Source: a virus (Duplodnaviria > Caudoviricetes). From it: DNA of 39,312 nt. Of the stretch, positions 25,277-33,605 are shown piece after piece. The stretch lies in the IMG/VR virus record IMGVR_UViG_3300017754_002477, positions 1 to 39,312 of that record; one strand, 5' to 3'. A program made the position numbers and the translations under genes. Position 1 is the first letter of the stretch. Every line of letters starts with the position of its first letter. The notes under the pieces were generated by a model, which was given only the letters and a program-made list of their open reading frames with translations, was not told where the DNA came from and searched no databases.

Positions 25277-27325
25277 TTAGTTTTTCCTACGATCAATCCG
25301 CCAAGCCAATTTATCCCCCGTCACGAAAATGCCTTCCTTGGCCGTCAGGGCGTCCCAAGCCTGCCGGAACAGTTTTCCGGTGTCCTCACCCATCATTTTG
25401 CCCTGTGAAATGCGTCTCAGTTCGGCTGTATCGACCGCCCAAAACTGGTCACGATCCGGGATCCCGACGCCGCCGGGGTTGCCCCGCGCCAGCCCTTCGG
25501 CGACCATCTGGTCAAACGTTTCCATGATGATCTGCTGGTTCTTGCCGCGTCCTTTTGCGGCCTTCTTTGCTGCCTTGAAGTCCTCGCTATCGGTCGCCTC
25601 GACCACGCAAGAGGTCACGTCATCGCCGTCTTGATCCTTGCCAAGCGTCACGCCCTTCAAGCTGAAGGGGAAGGTTTCGCCGCCTTGGTAGTCGCGCTGT
25701 TTCGTGACCATCGCGGCGCGGTTGCCGTCCTCGTTCTGGACTTCAATCTCTGTATCTGTCGCGGCGCGCAGGCTGCTGTGACCGCGTGCGCCTCGGGCTG
25801 TGTCTTTGCCCGTGTGATGCACAAGCATGATGTGCGCGCCTGTCGCTTCGCGGATCGCGTCTATATTGCGAATGAGTAGCGTCATGTCTGCGGCGCTGTT
25901 TTCGTCGCCCCCGGCCATGATGCGCGACAGGGTATCAATAACGATCAGTGTGGGTATATCGCCGCCACGGGCCTGCACTTCGCGGGTGAGGTCATAGATG
26001 GTTTGCAGGTCTGCGTTGTCATGTAGCAGGTCCATCCCGGCGCGGCGTAGGGCCAGCGGGATGTCACAAACGCCCGTATCCATGCGCAGGGCCGCGATAC
26101 GGTTTGCCACGCCTGACCCGCCTTCTGCGGCAAGATACAGGACAGCGGCTTGCTTGACGCGGATACCGCGCCACGGCGCGCCTGCGGCGATGTGGAACGC
26201 AAGGTCCAGGACAAAGAAGGTTTTGCCGCTGTTGGACGGGCCGTAGACAACTGACATAGTGCCAGCGCCAAGGATGCCTTTGACGATGTAGCTGTCAGTG
26301 AGGCTAGGCTCGATGTCGTCATACCATTCGACGCCGGGTGCGGCCTTGGGGGCTGGTGGTGTGCCTGTGTCAATGTTGGGCGTGAACGTCTGTTCCGGCG
26401 TCCAGCCCTTGCGGCGTGCCCCGTCAATGGCGGTCTGCACTTCGCGGGCGGTCTGGTCTGCGGTGTAGCCTGCCAACGTCAGGGGGGCTGTCAGGGCGTG
26501 TATTTCAGCGTCTGACAGGCCCTTGGCGACGTAGGACGCAACGAGGCGGATCACCGCGTTATGCCACTCCACGCCTTGCAGGGCTTGGATGGTGGCGCGT
26601 TCACGGTCCAAGCCGATGCCGCCTGTGTCGATTTCAAATGTCGGGCCTGTCTTGACAGGTGCGGGCGCGCCGAATGCGCGGCGCATCTGGTCGATCTTGA
26701 CCGGGGCGCGGGCGTCCTCGTATTCCGTCCGGATCGCTGTCAGTTCTTTGGCGTATCCGCGTTCTTGCTTGTGCTTTGCGGGATAGCTGACAGTGCCGCC
26801 CACGCGCATGATGCGCGACGGATTGATGACGGTTCGGTCGCTGCCGAAGTGACCCGCGATTGCGGCCTGCGTCTCGCGCCAAAGCGCCATATCGGTGCAG
26901 GGTTCGGCAAGCTGCCAGTAAGTATGCACGCGCACGGCGGGGGTGCGGCCTGTGACGACAGCGGCGCTGTATTTCGGACCATCCCAACGGCGGACGTTTT
27001 CGGCGGATGCGGGTTCATCGCAATCGGCCCATAAGAAGAAGCTGGCGACAATATCTGCGTCGGACGCGGAACCTTTTACGTCCTGGCGGATTGGGTTCCT
27101 GACGGCATAGATGTTATAGCCGAGTGCGTTCATCTCCTCGACCCACTGGACGGCTTCATCAATCCAATCGGGAGAAAACTTGGCGGTTTGCGGCTGTGAA
27201 AATTCCTTGAAGGCGCGGATTTCAAAGACAACGGGTGTGTCTAGTTCGTGCCAGCGTGCGGTCATGTATGCCAGATCGCGGCGGATCGCGGCGGTGTCTG
27301 GCAACAATGCTTCTTCGGCCATCAT
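25277..27325 (-). CDS. RepB-type DNA primase fused to AAA_25/RepA-type helicase
   Basis: Primase motifs 'WADCD', 'VHTYW', 'NPSRIMRVGGT'; Walker A GPSNSGKT, Walker B LIVIDT, 'HHTGKD..RGARGHSSL'. Confidence 0.85.
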   Translation of the reverse strand: MMAEEALLPDTAAIRRDLAYMTARWHELDTPVVFEIRAFKEFSQPQTAKFSPDWIDEAVQWVEEMNALGYNIYAVRNPIRQDVKGSASDADIVASFFLWADCDEPASAENVRRWDGPKYSAAVVTGRTPAVRVHTYWQLAEPCTDMALWRETQAAIAGHFGSDRTVINPSRIMRVGGTVSYPAKHKQERGYAKELTAIRTEYEDARAPVKIDQMRRAFGAPAPVKTGPTFEIDTGGIGLDRERATIQALQGVEWHNAVIRLVASYVAKGLSDAEIHALTAPLTLAGYTADQTAREVQTAIDGARRKGWTPEQTFTPNIDTGTPPAPKAAPGVEWYDDIEPSLTDSYIVKGILGAGTMSVVYGPSNSGKTFFVLDLAFHIAAGAPWRGIRVKQAAVLYLAAEGGSGVANRIAALRMDTGVCDIPLALRRAGMDLLHDNADLQTIYDLTREVQARGGDIPTLIVIDTLSRIMAGGDENSAADMTLLIRNIDAIREATGAHIMLVHHTGKDTARGARGHSSLRAATDTEIEVQNEDGNRAAMVTKQRDYQGGETFPFSLKGVTLGKDQDGDDVTSCVVEATDSEDFKAAKKAAKGRGKNQQIIMETFDQMVAEGLARGNPGGVGIPDRDQFWAVDTAELRRISQGKMMGEDTGKLFRQAWDALTAKEGIFVTGDKLAWRIDRRKN

Positions 27326-27357
27326 GTGCGCCCGTCCCCACTGGCGTTGTCAGGCCC

Positions 27358-27373
27358 CGCCCCCGAAGGGGCG
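27358..27373 (-). other. cUUCGg hairpin between SSB-like and primase-helicase genes
   Basis: CGCCCC-TTCG-GGGGCG. Confidence 0.5.
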
Positions 27374-27395
27374 AGGTGTCTACTGGTTCAGGCTG

Positions 27396-28085
27396 TCAGT
27401 CCCAATCAGCGTCAGCCGGGACGTGTTCTTTCACGACAGGCGCAGATTGCTGGACAGGTGCGGGCTGCGGCGCAGGTTCTGCGTGCCCAGTGGCGATGAC
27501 GGGGGCGTCAGCCTTGAGGCAATCCGGGCGCGGCACCCACTTTTCGATGAACAAAACGGGGATGTTTGCCGAGCCTGACGGCAAGTCGCGCTTTTCAACG
27601 CCCGACTGCTTGACCAGAGGCAGAAGCCGCCCGTTCTCGCTCTTTGCCGCCCATTCTGCCTTGATGATGTTTGTCAACTTGGAGAATGCGTCATAGGCTG
27701 CAAAGCTGCCCTGTTCCCACGTCGCGGCCTGCGTCTTGCCGATTGCCAGCCTGACGGACAGAGCACGGGACCAAGCGAAAGCGCCGCTGATTTTCTTGCT
27801 GTCATCGGGCCGTTCGGTTGCACGCGAGATAGACGGGTTCCAGCGGCGTTCGGGGGCCATGCCCTTTGCGCCGTCCTTTTCCCATCCGAGTTTGATGGAA
27901 TCCAAGTCCATCACGCAGCCGTTGACAAAGGCGGGGTGCGCCACCTCGACCTTGTTGCCGCTTTCGTCTTTGTCACGCAGCACCCAAGAGCGGGGCGCAA
28001 AGCCCTTTTCTGCGCTGCCGTTGCTGGACCAGGAAATCCACGGGCCTTTTGACCCGCCGTTGTCGCCAGTATCAATGTCAAACAT
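27396..28085 (-). CDS. Putative single-stranded DNA-binding protein
   Basis: Aromatic/basic beta core, Pro/Ala linker, acidic-aromatic tail (DADWD); upstream of primase-helicase. Confidence 0.55.
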   Translation of the reverse strand: MFDIDTGDNGGSKGPWISWSSNGSAEKGFAPRSWVLRDKDESGNKVEVAHPAFVNGCVMDLDSIKLGWEKDGAKGMAPERRWNPSISRATERPDDSKKISGAFAWSRALSVRLAIGKTQAATWEQGSFAAYDAFSKLTNIIKAEWAAKSENGRLLPLVKQSGVEKRDLPSGSANIPVLFIEKWVPRPDCLKADAPVIATGHAEPAPQPAPVQQSAPVVKEHVPADADWD

Positions 28086-28144
28086 TTCGAGACTTTCTTC
28101 GATTGCGCAAAGCGCGGTTATGCCGGAAACCGTCCGGCGCGGAT

Positions 28145-28435
28145 TCACGCTCTCTGAAGAAGCTGCTCGTGCAGTTCTTCGATGATTGCGTCGAATAGGG
28201 TTGGCGACCGTTCGGCGAGCGGCGCGATAAGATGCCAGTGCATTGCAAAGTGGGCGCGAATGGTTTCGGCCTTCTTTGGCTTGATAATGTCGCGGCGGAT
28301 TGCGTTAGCCGTTGCAGCGTCAATTTCCGCTTGCGTGGCCGATGTTGGCAGGCTGTCAAGAATGCCATCCATCAGCACCGAATTGCCAAAGCCGAAAGAC
28401 GGGCCGCGTGTTTCTATTTCTATTTCAAACGGCAT
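28145..28435 (-). CDS. Hypothetical protein
   Basis: 96-aa ORF overlapping the end of rusA. Confidence 0.6.
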   Translation of the reverse strand: MPFEIEIETRGPSFGFGNSVLMDGILDSLPTSATQAEIDAATANAIRRDIIKPKKAETIRAHFAMHWHLIAPLAERSPTLFDAIIEELHEQLLQRA

Positions 28436-28949
28436 CTGTTGCCCCGATCTTGCGGATAATGACGACTGTCTGCGGTGTGGTGCCCCAGACCTTGCGGACC
28501 ATCATTTCAGCGACTTGGGCGTCATCTGCCCATGCGATGCGGTTCAGCCCGTCCATGATGGCTTTGCCGATGTTGTCCAGGTCAGGGCGCTGCGTATGCG
28601 GGCGGTGCAGATGGGCCTCGACCTTGCGTTTCGGCCATGAAGGCGGGGGCGCGAAAGTCGCGTAGATCGTGATGCTAACCGGGCCTTCCAGCGGGGCCGG
28701 AATGCGCAGGGCGGCAAGCTGCTGGACAACACGCTCAAACGATACGGTTGCCGCTGGCGTGTAGGCTGTGCCGCTTGCACGGCTGAAACGCGGGCGCTGC
28801 TTGGCAAACGGCTTGCCGGGGATCAGCAATGTGATCCCGTCTTGAAGAGAAACCCCGTCCAGTTGCCCGGACGGGTTGCCCACGGGGGGCAGTTGCGCCG
28901 CAACCTCGGGAGGGTGAGGGAGACAGTGCGCGGCGTTGGAATGGGTCAT
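28425..28949 (-). CDS. rusA: RusA-family Holliday junction resolvase
   Basis: 'GKPFAKQRPR', 'RPDLDNIGKAIMDGLN..WADDAQV'. Confidence 0.88.
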   Translation of the reverse strand: MTHSNAAHCLPHPPEVAAQLPPVGNPSGQLDGVSLQDGITLLIPGKPFAKQRPRFSRASGTAYTPAATVSFERVVQQLAALRIPAPLEGPVSITIYATFAPPPSWPKRKVEAHLHRPHTQRPDLDNIGKAIMDGLNRIAWADDAQVAEMMVRKVWGTTPQTVVIIRKIGATDAV

Positions 28950-29689
28950 GCGTCCACCTGTTCAGCGATGGCACACATAAAATCACAGACGGGCGCAATG
29001 GGGTTAAGCGTTGGCCAATCCTGAGGGATTTCGTCTATAAAGATGCGCTCGTTATTGATGCGCGTCAGCCGTGCGCCAATTTCACGGCTATAAGCTGCTG
29101 TGCGTGCAAATCGCTCGGGGAACTCTTGCCGAAACAATGCCCAATAGTTGGGGCTTGTCGCCTTCCCGCAACCCGTTTGCAGGCAGTTTGCATTTGGAAA
29201 GCCCATAGCATAAGAACGCGGCAACTTCAGCCCTTCGCGTTCCGCCCATGCGAGCGTCGCGGCTTTGGTCAATCCTTTTTCAATCAACGGCGCGCGGCAA
29301 TTCAATTCAAAGAAATTCTGTTGCAGCCGCTCAAACCGAGCCGCATCTTCCGCGTCAGCAGTATAGCCAAAAATGTGCAGGTCGTCGTGCCGTTGAAATG
29401 CCAAACGGGGCGCGATCTTCATTTCTGCCGTGCATGGCGCGCCTTTTGGCCCCGAAATAAACCGCCGCCTTTGCCACACATCCCAGACGTCAGCATAGTC
29501 ATCCGATTGCAGGAGCGTAATTTCACGCCCCAACCGCTGGCACACGTCCGCCTCAAACCTGTGGTTGTCTTCGTCCTCGTTCCCAGTTTCGCAACGAACA
29601 ATCAAAGCGTCCGGAAATTCACGAAGAGCAAGCCGGGCCGCGACATAGCTAGCAGCGCCAGTTGACCACCAAGCAAGAACGCGGCCCAT
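28946..29689 (-). CDS. PAPS-reductase-like (PP-loop) protein
   Basis: 'WWSTGAAS' PP-loop variant; Cys motifs PCTAEMK, NANCLQTGC, CDFMC. Confidence 0.7.
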   Translation of the reverse strand: MGRVLAWWSTGAASYVAARLALREFPDALIVRCETGNEDEDNHRFEADVCQRLGREITLLQSDDYADVWDVWQRRRFISGPKGAPCTAEMKIAPRLAFQRHDDLHIFGYTADAEDAARFERLQQNFFELNCRAPLIEKGLTKAATLAWAEREGLKLPRSYAMGFPNANCLQTGCGKATSPNYWALFRQEFPERFARTAAYSREIGARLTRINNERIFIDEIPQDWPTLNPIAPVCDFMCAIAEQVDA

Positions 29690-29793
29690 CAGCTTAACCC
29701 CATAGGCGTCACTCGCACGCTGCCGACTTGGCTTTCCTCAACCTCGACGGATGCGGGGGATCCGATGAACAGGAGCGGGGCAAAGCGGATCAT
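29689..29793 (-). CDS. 34-aa bridging mini-ORF
   Basis: Translated by hand; ATGA and TGATG overlaps fill the gap exactly. Confidence 0.4.
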   Translation of the reverse strand: MIRFAPLLFIGSPASVEVEESQVGSVRVTPMGLS

Positions 29794-30035
29794 GCTGCCT
29801 TCTCCACGGACTTCAGGAGTTGCGCATCAATCCGGCCTGCCACGTAGGCATCGCGGATAAAGTCGGGGTCAATGCCAGCGAGATTGCAGACGCGCCGAAA
29901 GTCTTTGCTATTGCGCCGCAGCCAAACGTCAGCTTCCCGCTGCGCTTTCAGCCCCTCGTCGCTATCGGTTGGGTTCAGCGCATCCATTGCGGCGCGATAA
30001 ACCACAGCCTGCCAAAGACGTTGCTCAGGCGTCAT
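29790..30035 (-). CDS. Hypothetical protein
   Basis: GAGG SD before ATG 30035; 'EQRLWQAVVYRAAMDA...DFRRVCNLAGIDP'. Confidence 0.7.
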   Translation of the reverse strand: MTPEQRLWQAVVYRAAMDALNPTDSDEGLKAQREADVWLRRNSKDFRRVCNLAGIDPDFIRDAYVAGRIDAQLLKSVEKAA

Positions 30036-30125
30036 TCTGCACCTCGCGTGCTGCACAAAAGGTTAACGCCCCCTTGTATGCGGGGAGCAGTGTGGCCACG
30101 TCTCTGGAAGGCAAGGAACCGGCCA

Positions 30126-30350
30126 TCATTCAGCCGCCGTTTGAGCGGGATTGACCGGAGAACGCATTTGAGAACGTTGCATTATGAATTCTCGCGCCCG
30201 CTGTTCGGTGCTTGTCAGAACGGGACGACCAGCGCGAAGCCTGTTCACCAACTCCGTATTGTTGGCTGCCAGCTTGCCAAAGTAGGTCGGCCCCATACCG
30301 CTTTCGGTGAGGAATTCGTTGACGAGTTCAAGGAGGGGTTTGTTTGACAT
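30126..30350 (-). CDS. cro: Cro-like regulator
   Basis: 74 aa, 'FLTESGMGPTYFGKLAANNTELVNRLRAG', divergent from the repressor. Confidence 0.75.
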   Translation of the reverse strand: MSNKPLLELVNEFLTESGMGPTYFGKLAANNTELVNRLRAGRPVLTSTEQRAREFIMQRSQMRSPVNPAQTAAE

Positions 30351-30356
30351 GCCCGC

Positions 30357-30384
30357 ATTGTATTCTCCAAAAAGAACACGTCAA
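30357..30384 (-). promoter_or_regulatory. PR-like promoter with operator over its spacer
   Basis: TTGACG-N16-TACAAT; operator TATTCTCCAAAAAGAACA at 30361-30378. Confidence 0.7.
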
Positions 30385-30402
30385 GCGTTTTCTATGAAAG
30401 AC

Positions 30403-30431
30403 GTGACCCAATGGTAACGTTCCGTTACTCA
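30403..30431 (+). promoter_or_regulatory. PRM-like promoter for repressor (leaderless)
   Basis: GTGACC-N17-TACTCA with ATG 30438 at +1; GTAACG-N3-CGTTAC palindrome inside. Confidence 0.45.
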
Positions 30432-30437
30432 GACCAC

Positions 30438-30743
30438 ATGAAAAATGAAGCCTGGAGAAGTCGGCTAAGGGAAGCCGTGGCGCAGAGTGGCAAGTCCATG
30501 CGCGCTATCTCGTTGGCAGCCAGCGCCGCCCCCGGCTATGTGTTTGGCATACTGGAGTCGGACAAAGACCCGTCGATAGACAAGCTGCTAGCTGTCTGTG
30601 ACGCGATCCCGGTCAGCCCGCTTTATATCATCCTTGGCGTCGATGCTCTGCCGGATGATGTGGCCATTCTGAAGGCCCTTCACGAGAACCCGGCGAAGCG
30701 GCGCGGCATTCTTGCTCTTCTTGATGCGCCACAAGAAGGCTGA
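30438..30743 (+). CDS. cI: XRE-family HTH repressor, no S24 domain
   Basis: 'RLREAVAQSGKSMRAISLAASAAPGYVFGIL..KDPSIDKLLAVC'; alternative start at 30411. Confidence 0.8.
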   Translation: MKNEAWRSRLREAVAQSGKSMRAISLAASAAPGYVFGILESDKDPSIDKLLAVCDAIPVSPLYIILGVDALPDDVAILKALHENPAKRRGILALLDAPQEG

Positions 30744-30906
30744 CTGCCACTAGGGCGTCCCGCTTCTCCTCGTGACTCAACTTGCGCAACGCAGCAAGCA
30801 AGCGTGAAATTTTCATGCAACCCCTCGACACCTGCCATCACAACTAACGCGTGTTAGCTTTTATAGCTAGCAGAATCTTGTCTGGCTGTTGTCCGGACAA
30901 ATATTC

Positions 30907-30959
30907 TATTCGCCATAGCGAACATTTCTGTTGACTAGTCTTTTTAGAGAACATAGTCT
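30907..30959 (+). promoter_or_regulatory. PL-like promoter with two operators
   Basis: TTGACT-N17-TAGTCT (30931-30959); operators TATTCGCCATAGCGAACA (30907-30924) and TAGTCTTTTTAGAGAACA (30936-30953). Confidence 0.75.
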
Positions 30960-31003
30960 CTCCCCATACAGAACGCCGCGAGGCACAGATGGGAGACAGA
31001 CAG

Positions 31004-31165
31004 ATGACCGCAGCCGCCAAGCCAATCAGCAGCGCCGAGATGCTCGCCAAAATGAAAGCGGGTCCGTCCCACGCTTTGGGCGAGTGCTGGTCGAACATCG
31101 CCAAGCTGGGTGAAAAACCGCGTTGGGTCATCATTTCGGCCCCTTGGGCAAAAACCACCGCATAA
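31004..31165 (+). CDS. First PL gene, 53-aa hypothetical protein
   Basis: Translated by hand (MTAAAKPISSAEMLAKMK...); GGGAG SD. Confidence 0.65.
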   Translation: MTAAAKPISSAEMLAKMKAGPSHALGECWSNIAKLGEKPRWVIISAPWAKTTA

Positions 31166-31170
31166 CCCCT

Positions 31171-31186
31171 CGGGGCTTCGGCCCCG
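31171..31186 (+). other. cUUCGg hairpin
   Basis: CGGGGC-TTCG-GCCCCG just after the stop; no U tail. Confidence 0.5.
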
Positions 31187-31215
31187 CTCACCCCTTCAGA
31201 GCCAAGGAAATTAAA

Positions 31216-31572
31216 ATGGACCTCACCACACTGAAAGCAGCCGTTGCATTGCTTGAAGGCATGAACGCTCCGGCGAAACCCGCAACCGTCATTGGCCAGA
31301 TTGGCCGCAAGGTGATCGTGCGCAGCAAGGACGCTGGCGTGATTTACGGAACCTATGTCAGCAATGACGGCGACACGATCAGCCTGACCGATGCGCGCCA
31401 GCTTTGGAAGTGGTGCGCCGCCAAAGGCATCACGCTGATTGATGTGGCGACCTATGGCGTCAAAAAGTCGGAATGCAAGTTTTCGCCCGCATCGGCCACA
31501 ATGACGGTTTTCAATGCCTGCGCGCTGATTGATGTGACCGCTGAAGCCGCCGCCAGTATCGAGGCTGTGTGA
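31216..31572 (+). CDS. DUF6948-like (Sm-like fold) protein
   Basis: 'IGRKVIVRSKDAGVIYG...LTDARQLWKW....TLIDVATYG'; AAGGA SD. Confidence 0.75.
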   Translation: MDLTTLKAAVALLEGMNAPAKPATVIGQIGRKVIVRSKDAGVIYGTYVSNDGDTISLTDARQLWKWCAAKGITLIDVATYGVKKSECKFSPASATMTVFNACALIDVTAEAAASIEAV

Positions 31573-31790
31573 TGGTCGCCGTGGTTTGCTTTACCGGGTA
31601 TGACCCGTCGAGAGACGGCTACGGCTCCGGCTACGGCGACGGCTACGGCTACGGCTCCGGCGACGGATCCGGCTACGGCTACGGCTACGGCTACGGCTCC
31701 GGCGACGGATCCGGCTACGGCGACGGCTACGGCTACGGCTACGGCTCCGGCTACGGCGACGGCTACGGCTACGGCGGAGAAGAACCATGA
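31572..31790 (+). CDS. Gly-Tyr/Asp/Ser repeat protein
   Basis: TGATG-coupled to the DUF6948 gene; (GY/GS/GD)n body. Confidence 0.65.
   Translation: MVAVVCFTGYDPSRDGYGSGYGDGYGYGSGDGSGYGYGYGYGSGDGSGYGDGYGYGYGSGYGDGYGYGGEEP
31617..31775. repeat. Degenerate hexamer tandem repeat (GGCTAC/GGCTCC/GGCGAC/GGATCC)
   Basis: About 26 consecutive 6-nt units read directly. Confidence 0.9.
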
Positions 31791-31966
31791 CCCCCGCCCC
31801 TTCGCTGATTTACGTCTGCGACACGCCGCATGACCCGGCCTGCTGGCTGGTGGATTTGCCCGCGCTGAACCGCCGCAAAGCGTTCCAGATCGCCACACCG
31901 GATGACGAGGAAACCGCCCGCATCGCCGCAATGGCATGGGCCGATAAGGTAATGGAGGAAGCGTGA
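31787..31966 (+). CDS. Hypothetical protein (59 aa)
   Basis: Translated by hand; ATGA overlap, GGAG SD. Confidence 0.6.
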   Translation: MTPAPSLIYVCDTPHDPACWLVDLPALNRRKAFQIATPDDEETARIAAMAWADKVMEEA

Positions 31967-32112
31967 TGACCATCCGCATCACATCATACCGCCGCTTTGG
32001 TGGCCGGGTTGTCATCATCCGCGATGGCCGCTGCGCCTCGACGCTGCGCCTGTCACGCCATGAAGCCGAAATTGTCACCGCAGATATGGAGAGCGACAAT
32101 GGCCCATCCTGA
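31966..32112 (+). CDS. Hypothetical protein (48 aa)
   Basis: Translated by hand; TGATG overlap, GGAGG SD. Confidence 0.55.
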   Translation: MTIRITSYRRFGGRVVIIRDGRCASTLRLSRHEAEIVTADMESDNGPS

Positions 32113-32311
32113 TGCGCAATTCATCGCCGCAATCCGCGAGCGTGGCACATGCGATGCCCGCGACGTGACGAAGTTGCTGGCCATTATTGCGGCGGGCGAC
32201 TGCCTGCATGTGGACGAGGTTGAAAGCTGGCTCTTGCTCCAGCGCAAGAAGGCCCTCGGTGACGCAATGGTTGACGCCGCAAGGGGTCATTATGACGGGA
32301 TGGCGGAATAA
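32099..32311 (+). CDS. Hypothetical protein (70 aa)
   Basis: GGAG SD before ATG 32099; TAATG-coupled downstream. Confidence 0.6.
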   Translation: MAHPDAQFIAAIRERGTCDARDVTKLLAIIAAGDCLHVDEVESWLLLQRKKALGDAMVDAARGHYDGMAE

Positions 32312-32514
32312 TGGCTTCGTCTGATTACAAACTTTGCGACAACTGCGGGCGGAAAGCGTTTTACGATGCTGTCGTAGAAGACCCGCATTACGTCGCCACA
32401 TATGACTATCGCGTGGCAAGGGAATGGAACCCAATCGGCATTGCCGTTCTTTGCGAGCATTGCAACCTGACCCATAAAGTCATCATTGTGGAAAGGGCTG
32501 ATTATGTCGAATAA
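32311..32514 (+). CDS. Small zinc-finger protein
   Basis: CDNC ... CEHC. Confidence 0.65.
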   Translation: MASSDYKLCDNCGRKAFYDAVVEDPHYVATYDYRVAREWNPIGIAVLCEHCNLTHKVIIVERADYVE

Positions 32515-32704
32515 CCACTCAAAAGCACTGGCCCAGGCGTTGCGGGAAGCCGTCTTTGCGATGGCCTACTATGCCGAGGATGACCACGCGGCCTATGACT
32601 ATCCCGCGCTTGACGAGGCATTGCGCAAGGCCCGCCCTGCGCTAGCCGCCTATGACGCAGATCAAGCCCGCTACGGCGGGGAGTTTGAAGGGGTGGCGGT
32701 ATGA
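32504..32704 (+). CDS. Hypothetical protein
   Basis: AAGGG SD; ATGA overlap downstream. Confidence 0.6.
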   Translation: MSNNHSKALAQALREAVFAMAYYAEDDHAAYDYPALDEALRKARPALAAYDADQARYGGEFEGVAV

Positions 32705-33006
32705 CCTACACCATCACCGACGAATTTACCGTCAATGATTTGGGGCTGGTGGCGGAGATTGATTACACCGTGTCCCGGTTTCTGCCCGCCACGCGATATG
32801 AGCCTGCCGAGTATCCGACACCCGAGATACAGCGCATTGTCATCCGTGACGGCAACGGCAAAGCGCACCCTTGCCCCGATTGGCTGGCCGATGCGTTCAA
32901 CCCCGATCCCGAGGCGCTGCTCGCCCATGCGCGGGATTGCGACCAAGCCTATGCAGACGAAGCCGCCGATTACTGGCGCGATAGAAGAATGGATGCGGCG
33001 GAATGA
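32701..33006 (+). CDS. Hypothetical protein
   Basis: Coupled ORF; 'PATRYEPAEYP' phage-type motif. Confidence 0.7.
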   Translation: MTYTITDEFTVNDLGLVAEIDYTVSRFLPATRYEPAEYPTPEIQRIVIRDGNGKAHPCPDWLADAFNPDPEALLAHARDCDQAYADEAADYWRDRRMDAAE

Positions 33007-33449
33007 GCGACTATTTCACAGAAGATGATATTGCACAAGCGCTGCAAATGCCGACGCTTGGCCCAGAATACTTCGCGGCGCGGCGGTTCATGGATGCCTT
33101 TGCAAGAGGCTGGACAGATGAACACCTGAAGCCGCTTGCCGATGAGATTACAAATGAAATATCCGGCAAAATCCGTGACCGGATATGGGACGACTTCAGG
33201 GATTATCTGATCCAAGACACAGAATACAACGCGCAAGGCGCTATCCGGTCAATGGTGCATGACACCGTGCAGGCGCTGCTGTCTGGGAAAGAATGGGCGC
33301 TTGCCCGCTTCCCGCTTACGCAAGGCTACGACCCAATGGAGATAAGAAGCGCGGTTGCCGCCCATATTGGTGACGCTGTTGCAAAAGCAAGAATTGATGA
33401 CCTTGAGAAAGAGGTCGCCAGATTGAACGAGCGCCTGAGTTACAGGTGA
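33003..33449 (+). CDS. Hypothetical protein
   Basis: 148-aa helical ORF, ATGA-coupled. Confidence 0.7.
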   Translation: MSDYFTEDDIAQALQMPTLGPEYFAARRFMDAFARGWTDEHLKPLADEITNEISGKIRDRIWDDFRDYLIQDTEYNAQGAIRSMVHDTVQALLSGKEWALARFPLTQGYDPMEIRSAVAAHIGDAVAKARIDDLEKEVARLNERLSYR

Positions 33450-33482
33450 TAATTTAACGCTGACATTCAAAGGATACGAATT

Positions 33483-33605
33483 ATGCCGATGACCATTACC
33501 ACACCCGCCGAATTGCTCAAGGAAGGCCGCGTATCTTGGCGGCGCGACACGATCAGCCGCCCCGTGTCAGTGGCGGTGTTTAACCCGAAGGGACGGAAGG
33601 AATGA
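33483..33605 (+). CDS. Hypothetical protein (40 aa)
   Basis: AAGGA SD; ATGA overlap with xis. Confidence 0.45.
   Translation: MPMTITTPAELLKEGRVSWRRDTISRPVSVAVFNPKGRKE

Noticed and set aside
30160-30175. GAAC..GAAC as an alphaproteobacterial LexA box
   Set aside because: The spacer is 8 nt, not 7, and it lies inside the cro coding sequence.
31452-32099. AVAVA, RSRSR and TATAT ORFs in other frames
   Set aside because: By-products of the stop-free hexamer repeat; only the GY frame is coupled to both neighbours.
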